35,253 nucleotides of DNA from a bacterium (GCA_029007415.1 JAQXHT010000075.1:1-35253); one strand, 5' to 3'. Counted from the stretch's first letter, positions 1 to 8,527 are shown. Numbers and translations are program-made. The notes: generated by a model from the letters alone, not told the origin.

Positions 1-19
1 CTAATTCCTTTTAAATATA

Positions 20-1042
20 TTAATTACTACTTGATGATGAACTACTGCTTGATTTAGCATTTTCAATTAATTTTTCCATATATTCATCATAATCTTTCTT
101 TAAAGAATTATCTTTAAATTCTACTCCAGCTTTCTTTCTAACTTCAATAAGTGTTTCATAACGTAGAGTAGTATCATTATTTAATTTTTCTTCAGTTAAC
201 TTTTCTAAGATAGTATCTTTAGATTTCTTTAAAGATGCTTTTTTCTTTTGATCAACTTTTAAAATGATATGATAACCATAAGCTGATTTAACTGGTTCAG
301 TTGTATATTTACCTTTTTCAAGATTGATAGAAGCGTTCAAGAAAGCTTCGTCCATACCACTATCTTTATTAAAGTAATCGATTAGACCACCATCAGATTT
401 ACTACCTGTATCATCACTATTTTTCTTAGCAAGCTTAGCAAAATCTGCTCCATCATCTAATTGTTTAATTAATTTCTTAGCTTTTTCAAGAGCCTTCTTT
501 TCAGCATCTTCTTTTTCTTCAGTAGACATATCAGAAGTAGTCTTTGGTTTAATTAAGATATGTCTTACTTTCATATCACCGATAATTTCTTCATCATAAT
601 ATTTTTGAATTTCATCATCTTTAATATTATCTTTTATATAATCTTCAACAGCTAAATTTCTCTTGTATTCAAGTGAAATCATATCACGAAGTTCATCAAC
701 AGAATCTACTCCTAGATATTGTTTAATAGCTGCTAAGAAAGTATCGTCATCATTATTATATTGAGACTTCATCTGAGTTATTTGATTATCTACATAAGTA
801 GTTTCTTCATCAGTTGTTTTATATTTCTTATCTAAGATACTATGATCGATCATATCAATTAAAATGCTAATCCCATACTTATCTCTTAAATCTTCATATA
901 AAGTTTCAGCTTTAATTTTACCACCATCGTATTTAACAATAGTTGAGTTTTTCTCAAGTTCAGCTTTTTTACCACATCCTGTTACTAAAAAACAAACAGC
1001 AACAATAAGTAATAGAAATGCTATGTTTTTCTTCTTTTGCAT
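20..1042 (-). CDS. prsA: PrsA-type foldase lipoprotein (parvulin peptidyl-prolyl isomerase)
   Basis: ORF 20..1069. The preferred start is the ATG at 1042, preceded on the minus strand by AAAGGAGGAAAAAAT. The N-terminus is KKK plus a hydrophobic stretch plus an LVTGC lipobox. The parvulin-like core reads VRHILIK ... SAYGYHIILK. The C-terminus is a poly-Ser tail. Confidence 0.85.
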   Translation of the reverse strand: MQKKKNIAFLLLIVAVCFLVTGCGKKAELEKNSTIVKYDGGKIKAETLYEDLRDKYGISILIDMIDHSILDKKYKTTDEETTYVDNQITQMKSQYNNDDDTFLAAIKQYLGVDSVDELRDMISLEYKRNLAVEDYIKDNIKDDEIQKYYDEEIIGDMKVRHILIKPKTTSDMSTEEKEDAEKKALEKAKKLIKQLDDGADFAKLAKKNSDDTGSKSDGGLIDYFNKDSGMDEAFLNASINLEKGKYTTEPVKSAYGYHIILKVDQKKKASLKKSKDTILEKLTEEKLNNDTTLRYETLIEVRKKAGVEFKDNSLKKDYDEYMEKLIENAKSSSSSSSSSN

Positions 1043-1162
1043 ATTTTTTCCTCCTTTTATCATTGACATGCAACATAATCATAACAAACCTTTAAAAAAT
1101 AAGCAATAAATGAAAAGAAAAGTCCTGAAAAAGTGCTATAATTTTTATAGAGGATTGATAGT

Positions 1163-1639
1163 ATGATAAAACTTAGAACATTTAATTTAGAAAAGGTTGA
1201 TAAGATAAAGCATTACGGCTTATTAATGAAACTTAATAGGGACGAAGCAGTACAAGAATATATTTCACACAATTTTATAAAGTTTGTCGATAAGTATCAA
1301 GCAGAAGATGAAAAAATTGCACCTAATAAGTCTTATGTTGTAAAAAAAGATAAAAAAAATATTGGAGTGGTTGCAACTTTAAACTTATCAAGTGTCGGTG
1401 AATTAGAAATTTGGTATGCAATTGATAAAGATTTAAGAGGGGAAGGTTATGGTGAAAAAGTCTTAGCTGAAATAACACCATATTTAATAGAAAACGTCTC
1501 AGATTTAGAAGATATAAAATTAAGAATTAAAAAGAAAAACCTAGCTAGCAAGAGGATAGCAGAGAATAATGGTTATATTTTAGATGATGAGGATAACGAT
1601 ACTGATATTTACCATTATTTTGGAAATAGTAAAAAGTAA
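1163..1639 (+). CDS. GNAT family N-acetyltransferase (RimJ/RimL-like)
   Basis: 158-aa ORF. LRGEGYGEKVLAEI resembles an acetyl-CoA-binding segment, and ASKRIAENNGY resembles the GNAT C-terminal motif. An extended -10 (TGCTATAAT, 1134-1142) and a GAGG-type RBS lie upstream. Confidence 0.7.
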   Translation: MIKLRTFNLEKVDKIKHYGLLMKLNRDEAVQEYISHNFIKFVDKYQAEDEKIAPNKSYVVKKDKKNIGVVATLNLSSVGELEIWYAIDKDLRGEGYGEKVLAEITPYLIENVSDLEDIKLRIKKKNLASKRIAENNGYILDDEDNDTDIYHYFGNSKK

Positions 1640-1723
1640 TAAAAAAACCACTCTTAAACAATCACACATTTTGAAAATTACCATAAAATAATGTGAACAC
1701 TAGAAAAAAAGGAGGATTAATTT

Positions 1724-1804
1724 ATGGGTAATTGCAATTCATCCAGTGCTATTGTTTTAGTATTATTTATTTTATTAGTTATAATTATAGGTGCCTATAT
1801 TTAA
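1724..1804 (+). CDS. Tiny single-helix membrane peptide, 26 aa (YjcZ/tiny-TM-like)
   Basis: Hand translation gives MGNCNSSSAIVLVLFILLVIIIGAYI. GGAGG at 1711-1715 sits 8 nt upstream of the ATG. The ORF is too short for the supplied ORF track. Confidence 0.5.
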   Translation: MGNCNSSSAIVLVLFILLVIIIGAYI

Positions 1805-1825
1805 TTTTTAAAGGGAGGTGTTAAA

Positions 1826-1954
1826 ATGTCTTGTTCAAATAATCAACCAGTAACAACTTCTTGTGGATGTTCTAGATCTAGAAATAGTTTTGTTATCATT
1901 ATCGTTTTATATATCTTATTAGCAATAATTTTAGGAAGCGTATGTACTTGGTAA
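1826..1954 (+). CDS. Tiny single-helix membrane peptide, 42 aa, Cys-containing head (YjcZ/tiny-TM-like)
   Basis: Hand translation gives MSCSNNQPVTTSCGCSRSRNSFVIIIVLYILLAIILGSVCTW. GGGAGGTG at 1813-1820 sits 5 nt upstream of the ATG. A terminator follows. Confidence 0.5.
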   Translation: MSCSNNQPVTTSCGCSRSRNSFVIIIVLYILLAIILGSVCTW

Positions 1955-1959
1955 TAAAT

Positions 1960-1990
1960 CCTTAGAGCTTTGTTTCTAAGGCTTTTTTCT
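1960..1990 (+). terminator. Rho-independent terminator after the micro-ORF pair
   Basis: Stem CCTTAGA (1960-1966) pairs with TCTAAGG (1975-1981) across an 8-nt loop, followed by CTTTTTTCT. Confidence 0.6.
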
Positions 1991-2162
1991 TATATAATAT
2001 GTAATTAAAATTGCGACTTAAATAGAAAAAAATGATGAGTTATCGACCAATTTTACTATAAAATACCTAAAAAGTGGTCGATAACTGACCTTTTTAGAAT
2101 AATTATAAAGATGTAATAGTATAAAAGAAAGATAATGGTAAAAACTATTATTGGTGATTATT

Positions 2163-2663
2163 ATGTACTATTATTTATCTTATTTTTTTGCTTTTTCGAT
2201 AATCGGCTATATTTATGAAAATGTTATTCACCTGATACTTCAAGGAAACTTAACAAATAATCCATTTATTGGTCCTTATATGCCGGTTTATGGGTTTGGA
2301 ATAGTGATAATGCTTTTAATAGAAAATTTTGCTTTTAAAAAGTTTAAAATGCCAAGATGGGGAAAAATATTATTAACCTTATTATTAAACTTTTTTATTT
2401 TAACTATTTTAGAATTGATTGGTGGTCATATTGTTGAACATTTCTTTCACAAATCTTTTTGGGACTATAGTGGTTTTAGATTTAATTATGGAAAATATAT
2501 TGCTGTAGAAGTATCTCTTGGTTGGGCTATAGCTAGTTATATATTTTTGTTTATTGCAAAAAAGTATTTAGATAAACTAATCGCTAAAGTACCTAGAAGT
2601 TTAACTAATATCTTCATTGCAATTTTCTTATTAGATTTTATTTATTCTTTCTTTTTTAAATAA
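2163..2663 (+). CDS. Polytopic membrane protein of the putative ABC-transporter type IV (PF06541-like) family
   Basis: ORF 2151..2663. The ATG at 2163 follows GGTGA. There are multiple TM helices. Motifs remembered from the family are GPYMPVYGFG and FWDYSGFRFNYGKYIAVEVSLGW. Confidence 0.6.
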   Translation: MYYYLSYFFAFSIIGYIYENVIHLILQGNLTNNPFIGPYMPVYGFGIVIMLLIENFAFKKFKMPRWGKILLTLLLNFFILTILELIGGHIVEHFFHKSFWDYSGFRFNYGKYIAVEVSLGWAIASYIFLFIAKKYLDKLIAKVPRSLTNIFIAIFLLDFIYSFFFK

Positions 2664-2780
2664 TTAGTACAAGGTATCCTAAAAAATGATTATTTAGCTA
2701 AAAACTATTTTCAAAACCTTTTAAATACATTATAAGTTAGTTGATGTTAAGTAGTAAGTAATATTAAATGTTTTTCTTGA

Positions 2781-2819
2781 TTTTTTCAAGGAAAAGTATG
2801 GTGTTTTTCCTTGAAAAAA
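2781..2819. terminator. 15-bp perfect AT-rich hairpin, probable bidirectional terminator between convergent genes
   Basis: TTTTTTCAAGGAAAA (2781-2795) pairs with TTTTCCTTGAAAAAA (2805-2819) across a 9-nt loop. T and A runs lie on both sides. Confidence 0.5.
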
Positions 2820-3118
2820 TAAATTGATATAAAAAATTATGTTGATACTTTAGCTATATTAAAATTTATAACACCTATAAAGATAAAAAATTGCGACACC
2901 AATGGTGACATAATTATCTTTAATAAACAATTTACTCATATTGAGTGAAGCTAAGAATAAAGAGAAAGTGTATTTTCATTTAAAAGTATCTATAAAAACA
3001 TCAAATATACAAATTTCATTTTTCAATTTTAAAATACATACTTTTTTCAAATATAAAATAATTACAAAATAAAAAGGAGCTCTTGCTAAAAATACTCCCC
3101 ATTTAATATATAAAACTA

Positions 3119-3511
3119 TTAATCAACTAACTTATGATAGATTTCTTCGACATTAGAACAATCAGATTTAAGAGGAAATTTATCATTTTTATATCTTGGA
3201 ATAACGTGAATATGGAAATGCTTTACTTCTTGTCCATAGTCATTATTCTGAGAAATAGTAAGTCCATCAATTGCTAACTTATCTTTTAGTAAAGTAACAA
3301 GTTTAGTTCTAATAATATTTAGCATATAAAGTAAAGTTTCATCATTCATCTCATAAAGATTAGTTTTATGTTCCTTTGGAATTACTAATAAATGTCCATC
3401 ATTATTAGGATTTATATCAAGAAATACTTTAACCTTTTCATCTTCATATACAGTATAAGATGGAATTTCTCCTTTAACTATTTTACAAAATAAACAATCA
3501 TTCATTATCAA
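3119..3511 (-). CDS. HIT (histidine triad) family nucleotide hydrolase
   Basis: 130-aa ORF carrying the histidine triad HFHIHVIP and the conserved N-terminal CLFCKIVKGEIP. Confidence 0.85.
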   Translation of the reverse strand: MIMNDCLFCKIVKGEIPSYTVYEDEKVKVFLDINPNNDGHLLVIPKEHKTNLYEMNDETLLYMLNIIRTKLVTLLKDKLAIDGLTISQNNDYGQEVKHFHIHVIPRYKNDKFPLKSDCSNVEEIYHKLVD

Positions 3512-3581
3512 TCACTCCCTTTAAATAATTGTACTTTTTTTAGCTAATTTTGGCAATATGTTATGCAAAATATAAAAATAA

Positions 3582-3590
3582 TGCTATAAT
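3582..3590 (+). promoter_or_regulatory. Extended -10 element (TGCTATAAT) of the likely suf operon promoter
   Basis: A TGnTATAAT match lies about 30 nt upstream of the sufC start. The -35 is weak. Confidence 0.4.
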
Positions 3591-3619
3591 AAAAACGCCA
3601 AGAAAGAAAGGTGATTTGT

Positions 3620-4384
3620 GTGTTAGAAATAGAAAAATTAGTAGTAGATGTAAAAGAAAGTGGTAAGAAAGTATTAAAAGACTTTTCTCTTGATATCAAA
3701 GAAGGAGAAATTCACGCTATAATGGGTCCGAATGGTGTAGGAAAAAGCACCCTTGCCAAAGTAATAATGGGTGATAAAAAATATCTTGTAAATTCAGGAA
3801 GTATCAAATTTAATGGTGAAGAAATGCTTGATAAAACAACCGATTATATTGCAAGAAGTGGTATATACTATGTCATGCAAGACCCTAAAACTATCATTGG
3901 AGTCACTAATAGAGAAGTGCTTAGAACAGCTCTTACAGAAAGAAGTGGAGAAAGACTTAATCTTTATACATTTATTAAAGACTTAAATAAAGAAACAGAA
4001 GAATTAAAAATGGATAAAGAAATGATTCATCGCTTTGTAAATCAAGGATTTTCTGGTGGAGAAAAGAAAAAGAATGAAGTATTACAACTAAAAATGCTAA
4101 AACCAAAACTAATTCTTCTAGATGAATTAGATAGCGGATTAGATGTTGACAGTTTAAAAATTGTTTGTGAAAGTATTAATAAATATAAAGAAGAGAACCC
4201 TGATACTGCTATCTTAATCATAACTCATTATAGTAGAATCTTATCATTAATTCATCCAGATTACGTTCATGAAATGCTAGATGGAAAAATAGTTAAGACT
4301 GGACCATTTGAATTTGCAAAAGAAATAGAAAATAATGGTTACCTTAGGGAAAATGAAATGAGTGATACAAATGCTAAAGAATAA
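3620..4384 (+). CDS. sufC: Fe-S cluster assembly ATPase SufC
   Basis: ORF 3611..4384. The preferred GTG at 3620 (MLEIEKL...) sits 8 nt after GAAAGG. Walker A is GPNGVGKST, the ABC signature is FSGGEKKK, and Walker B is LILLDELDSGLD. Confidence 0.9.
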   Translation: MLEIEKLVVDVKESGKKVLKDFSLDIKEGEIHAIMGPNGVGKSTLAKVIMGDKKYLVNSGSIKFNGEEMLDKTTDYIARSGIYYVMQDPKTIIGVTNREVLRTALTERSGERLNLYTFIKDLNKETEELKMDKEMIHRFVNQGFSGGEKKKNEVLQLKMLKPKLILLDELDSGLDVDSLKIVCESINKYKEENPDTAILIITHYSRILSLIHPDYVHEMLDGKIVKTGPFEFAKEIENNGYLRENEMSDTNAKE

Positions 4385-5021
4385 AATATTACAGGATGAA
4401 AAAGAATATATAGATATTACTAGTGATTGTAGTTATATATTTAATAGTGATAGAACTGTTTATTTTAACATTAAAGAAAACGTTACTTGTAAATTACTAG
4501 TTAAAGCTAAAGTTAATTGTTATTTTCTAATAAACAACTTATCAGCCAAAGTTGAAGTACATTTACTAAATGAAGGAGAAATAAACCTTTGTTTAAGTTC
4601 AATTACTTCAAAAAAAGTATTAAATAACGTTGTCGTTTATCACGATGACAGTAACACAAAGAGCAATATTATCTGTCATGGCGTAAGTTATAAAGATGGA
4701 GAATTAACCTTCAATATCGATGGAATTATCCCTAAAGGAATAAAAAATTGTACTTGTAATCAAGATAGTATGATTCATCCTTTTGATTTAGCAAAAGCAC
4801 AGATAAATCCCAATCTTTATATTGATGAATTTGATGTAGTAGCAAATCATTCTGCTTATATTGGACCTTTTCCTAGCGATATACTTTTTTACTTAAATAC
4901 TAAAGGAATAGGTACTAAAGAAAGTAATAGATTACTATTACAATCATTTTTATTAAATGATGCAACAAGTGCTGATTATATTGAATTAATAAATACTGAT
5001 ATTAAAAACATAATTAGTTAG
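4362..5021 (+). CDS. sufD: SufD-like Fe-S assembly protein, about half the usual length
   Basis: 219-aa ORF overlapping the sufC end. The C-terminal SufBD-type sequence is INPNLYIDEFDVVANHSAYIGPFPSDILFYLNTKGIGTKESNRLLLQSFL. Its position between sufC and sufS fits. Confidence 0.7.
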   Translation: MIQMLKNKILQDEKEYIDITSDCSYIFNSDRTVYFNIKENVTCKLLVKAKVNCYFLINNLSAKVEVHLLNEGEINLCLSSITSKKVLNNVVVYHDDSNTKSNIICHGVSYKDGELTFNIDGIIPKGIKNCTCNQDSMIHPFDLAKAQINPNLYIDEFDVVANHSAYIGPFPSDILFYLNTKGIGTKESNRLLLQSFLLNDATSADYIELINTDIKNIIS

Positions 5022-5035
5022 GAGGTGTTTTATTT

Positions 5036-6232
5036 ATGAATAGAGAAGACTTTCCTATTCTAAATACAGGAATAGTTTATTTTGATAATGGTGCTACTAC
5101 TTTAAAACCTAAAAGTGTTATCGAAAAAATGAATGATTATTACTATAACTATCCTGCTAATATTCATCGTGGTGATTATAAGATAAGTCTAAAAGCTAGT
5201 GATGAATATGAAATGGTTAGAACTAAAGTTAAAAACTTTATAAGTGCTAGTAGTGAAGATGAAATAGTTTTTACAATGGGAGCAACAGATTCTTTAAATA
5301 AAGTTGTCTTTGGTTTTATGGAAGACTATTTATCAGCAGGCGATGAGGTAATAATTAGTAAAGCAGAGCATGCTTCGGCAGTACTTCCTTGGTTAATTCT
5401 TGCAAGACGTAAAAATATAAAAGTTGTTTTTGTTCCTTTATCAGAAACTCACGAATTAGAATATGACACTTTAGAAAAATATGTAACTAATAAGACAAAA
5501 GTTATCTCCCTAGCAGCCGTTACTAATGTTATTGGTGATGTTCGTGATATTAATAAAATAGGTAAGCTATGTCATGATAAAAATATTTTGTTTGTCGTAG
5601 ATGGTGCTCAAAGTGTTCCTCATCAAAAGACAGATGTTTTAAAAGATAACATTGATTTTCTAACTTTTTCTGCGCATAAGATGTTAGGACCAACCGGAGT
5701 AGGTGTCTTATATGCTAAAAAAGAATATTTAGAAGCAATGCGACCTATTGAATATGGTGGTGGCATGAACCAATCTTTTGATAGTGATGGCAATATGGAG
5801 TTTAAAAGTGTTCCCACAAGATTAGAAGCAGGTACCCCACCAATCGCTGAAGTAATTGGTCTTGGAGCAGCGATTGATTATCTAGAAACAATTGGTATGG
5901 AAAACATCGAAAAATATGAACTAGAATTAAAAGAATATTTAATCAAAAGATTACAAGAAATAGATAAAGTTATTCTTTATAATACAACTAGTAAAGGTGG
6001 AATGACTGCTTTCAACTTATCAGGAATATTTAGTCAAGATACAGCTTTATATCTTGATCATTATAACATCTGTGTAAGAGCAGGTAACCACTGTGCTAAA
6101 GTATTAAAAGAAGAAATTAACATTAAAAACACTTGTCGTGTAAGTTTATATTTTTATAATACAAAAGAAGAAATTGATAAACTAATTGAAGCCTTAAAAA
6201 ATAGTGAAGACTTATATAAAATAGTATTGTAG
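5036..6232 (+). CDS. sufS: Cysteine desulfurase SufS (class V aminotransferase)
   Basis: 398 aa. The PLP-lysine context is FSAHKMLGPTGVGVLY and the catalytic Cys loop is RAGNHCA. It lies in suf operon context. Confidence 0.9.
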   Translation: MNREDFPILNTGIVYFDNGATTLKPKSVIEKMNDYYYNYPANIHRGDYKISLKASDEYEMVRTKVKNFISASSEDEIVFTMGATDSLNKVVFGFMEDYLSAGDEVIISKAEHASAVLPWLILARRKNIKVVFVPLSETHELEYDTLEKYVTNKTKVISLAAVTNVIGDVRDINKIGKLCHDKNILFVVDGAQSVPHQKTDVLKDNIDFLTFSAHKMLGPTGVGVLYAKKEYLEAMRPIEYGGGMNQSFDSDGNMEFKSVPTRLEAGTPPIAEVIGLGAAIDYLETIGMENIEKYELELKEYLIKRLQEIDKVILYNTTSKGGMTAFNLSGIFSQDTALYLDHYNICVRAGNHCAKVLKEEINIKNTCRVSLYFYNTKEEIDKLIEALKNSEDLYKIVL

Positions 6233-6240
6233 GTGAAAAA

Positions 6241-6666
6241 ATGGAAATAGATCAAGAATTAAGAAGAGAAATGATTGTAGAAAATTATGAACATCCTTAT
6301 CATAAAGGACTTAAAAAAGCAGCTGGTTATTTAGCAGCTAACACTAATAATGAAAGTTGTATTGATAATATTGATATCGAACTAAAAATAGAAGAAGATA
6401 AAATAAAAGAAGCTAATTTTGACGGTGAAGCTTGTGCAATTTCTACTTCTGCAACATCCTTATTCTTACAAAAGATAGAAGGAAAAAGTGTGGAAGAAGT
6501 AAGAAAAATATTAGAAAATTATCAAAAGATGATTAATGAAGAAGCATATGATAAAGAACTATTAGAAGAATTAGTTATCTATGACTCTGTTGCAATGCAA
6601 CCTAATAGAAAAAAATGTGCACTATTACCAAAAGATACTATCGAAAAAATATTGGAGAGACTATAA
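6241..6666 (+). CDS. sufU: SufU-type Fe-S scaffold / sulfur acceptor
   Basis: 141 aa with HPYHKG and three conserved Cys contexts (ESCID, GEACAIS, RKKCALLP), as in Firmicute SufU. Confidence 0.85.
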   Translation: MEIDQELRREMIVENYEHPYHKGLKKAAGYLAANTNNESCIDNIDIELKIEEDKIKEANFDGEACAISTSATSLFLQKIEGKSVEEVRKILENYQKMINEEAYDKELLEELVIYDSVAMQPNRKKCALLPKDTIEKILERL

Positions 6667-7178
6667 TGAAAGATAAAATTGATACTAAAAATGTATATTT
6701 AGCAGAATTGAAAAGATGTGATAAAGATAGAGGAGTAGAACTAATGGATCCTCTTTCTTATGTTTTTGTCTATCAACAAGATGATTCTTTCTATAATATA
6801 ATAACAAAAGAAGAGTATCCTACTTATAAACGAGTTCCTTATTCTAATGATACTGCTAATGGAGAAGATTATGGTACTAAGGTTAAGTTACTTAATAATA
6901 TATATGTAACTGGACCTTGTTATTTACTAACTAGTGCTAAAGGAAAAGAATTATTTGCTAAAGATAGCATAGAATTAAAAGATATTGAAGATTATATTTT
7001 GAATTCATCTTATTTTTTTAAAGATAGAGTTGATATAGCTATTAACCGATTAGTAGACTTAAAACAACCGTTTAAGATGATTGGTATAATTAAAAGAGAA
7101 ACAGCAAGAAAAGATGAAATAAATGTTTATTTAAAAAATAGTACTAAAAATAGACAGAAGGTGAAAAAGTGGAAGTAA
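6666..7178 (+). CDS. Hypothetical protein inserted between sufU and sufB
   Basis: The ORF track gives 6615..7178. The ATG at 6666 shares one base with the sufU stop (TAATG), and the stop overlaps the sufB GTG by 10 nt. I recognise no motif. Confidence 0.6.
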   Translation: MKDKIDTKNVYLAELKRCDKDRGVELMDPLSYVFVYQQDDSFYNIITKEEYPTYKRVPYSNDTANGEDYGTKVKLLNNIYVTGPCYLLTSAKGKELFAKDSIELKDIEDYILNSSYFFKDRVDIAINRLVDLKQPFKMIGIIKRETARKDEINVYLKNSTKNRQKVKKWK

Positions 7179-8479
7179 AAGGTTTATCTAAAAATAATAT
7201 TATCACTATCTCTAATTATAAAGGAGAAGATGACTGGGTAAAAGAATATCGCTTAAAAGCTTTTGAACAGTTTGAAAACACGAGTGATAAACTTCCGTTT
7301 GGACCAGAATTTAAACTTGATTTTGATAAAATAACTTATTATAAATCACAAGATGATACTTTAAGAAATGATTGGAATCAAGTGTTAAAGCCAGTCAAAG
7401 AAGAACTTGAAAACTTAGGAGTTCTTGAGAGTGAACAACATATGGGTGGTATGGGTGTTCAATATGAAAGTGAAGTTATTTATCACAAAATGCTAGATGA
7501 GTTAGAAGCTAAAAATATTATCTTTACTTCTATTGAAGATGCTCTAAAAAATCATAAAGATATCGCTGAGAAGTATTTTGGTAAGATTGTTTCTTATAAA
7601 GAAAATAAATATGCTGCTTTAAATAGTAGTGTATTTTCTGGCGGAAGTTTCATCTATATTCCTCCACATACTAAACTAGATAGACCTCTTCAAAGTTATT
7701 TTCGTATCAATAGTAAGAATATGGGACAGTTTGAGCGAACTTTAATCATCGTTGATGATGATAGTGATTTACATTATATTGAAGGTTGTACCGCTCCTAC
7801 TTATAGTGAAGATTCACTTCATGCTGCAGTAGTAGAGATTTACGTTGGAAAAAATAGTAAGTGTCGATATACAACCATTCAAAACTGGGCTCCTAATGTT
7901 TATAACTTAGTTACTAAAAGAGCTTTAGTTGATACCAATGGAACAATGGAATGGATTGATGGTAATATTGGCAGTAAACTTACAATGAAATATCCTTGTT
8001 GTGTTTTAAAAGGAGATAATAGTAAAGGAACATGTGTTACTATTTCATTAGCTAGTTCTAATCAGGACCAAGATACGGGAGCAAGAATGATTCATCTAGG
8101 AAAAAATACTAAGAGTAATATCATTTCTAAGAGTATTGCTAGAAATGGTGGAAATGCTACTTATCGTGGTAAAGTTAGAATAGGAAGCGATGCTCTTAAC
8201 TCTGATGCTATGATTAAATGTGATACTTTAATACTCGATGAATTGAGTAAGAGTGACACAATTCCTACTAATGTTTTAGAAAATAATGAATCAGTGTTAG
8301 AACATGAAGCAACTGTTTCCAAGATAAGTGATGATAACTTATTTTATCTAATGAGTAAGGGTATTCCAAAGGAAAAATGTGAAGAATTAATAGTCTTAGG
8401 CTTCTTAGAAGAGTTTAGAGAAGAACTACCAATGGAGTATGCTGTAGAACTAAATCAGTTAATTAAGAGAAATCTTTAA
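7169..8479 (+). CDS. sufB: Fe-S cluster assembly protein SufB
   Basis: 436 aa with a GTG start after AGAAGGTGA. SufB-type sequence includes FERTLIIVDDDSDLHYIEGCTAP and EHEATVSKISDDNLFYLMSKGIP. Confidence 0.9.
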   Translation: MEVKGLSKNNIITISNYKGEDDWVKEYRLKAFEQFENTSDKLPFGPEFKLDFDKITYYKSQDDTLRNDWNQVLKPVKEELENLGVLESEQHMGGMGVQYESEVIYHKMLDELEAKNIIFTSIEDALKNHKDIAEKYFGKIVSYKENKYAALNSSVFSGGSFIYIPPHTKLDRPLQSYFRINSKNMGQFERTLIIVDDDSDLHYIEGCTAPTYSEDSLHAAVVEIYVGKNSKCRYTTIQNWAPNVYNLVTKRALVDTNGTMEWIDGNIGSKLTMKYPCCVLKGDNSKGTCVTISLASSNQDQDTGARMIHLGKNTKSNIISKSIARNGGNATYRGKVRIGSDALNSDAMIKCDTLILDELSKSDTIPTNVLENNESVLEHEATVSKISDDNLFYLMSKGIPKEKCEELIVLGFLEEFREELPMEYAVELNQLIKRNL

Positions 8480-8503
8480 ATTTTTTTAAGATTTCCCTTT
8501 TTT
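8469..8503 (+). terminator. Probable suf operon terminator
   Basis: Stem GAAATCTT (8469-8476) pairs with AAGATTTC (8488-8495), spanning the sufB stop codon, then CC plus six T. The stem is AT-rich, so it is only moderately convincing. Confidence 0.45.
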
Positions 8504-8527
8504 GCATTTTCAGGCATAAATTTTCCT

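Noticed and set aside
20-60. The poly-Ser tail of PrsA as a slippage-prone simple repeat or phase-variation tract.
   Set aside because: The eight Ser residues use mixed codons (TCA, AGC, AGT) rather than a homogeneous repeat, so there is no obvious slippage substrate. It is probably just a flexible tail.
864-1109. ORF-track entries that lie antisense inside or across much longer, well-supported genes: 864..1109, 5623..5817, 8651..8833, 9608..9931, 12894..13169, 16030..16227, 17931..18131, 19297..19521, 19356..19670, 20193..20387, 23171..23389, 28155..28358, 33209..33421 and 33949..34224.
   Set aside because: Each is short and low-complexity or hydrophobic by composition. None has an RBS. Each overlaps a gene with clear family motifs on the other strand. 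This is the typical behaviour of AT-rich DNA, where stop codons are depleted antisense to real genes.
2007-2897. The 11-mer AAAATTGCGAC occurs at 2007-2017 and 2887-2897, flanking the PF06541-like membrane gene. Possible target-site or boundary repeats of an inserted segment.
   Set aside because: The match is only 11 nt and more than half of it is A/T, in very AT-rich DNA. There are no terminal inverted repeats, no transposase and no compositional shift, so chance is an adequate explanation.
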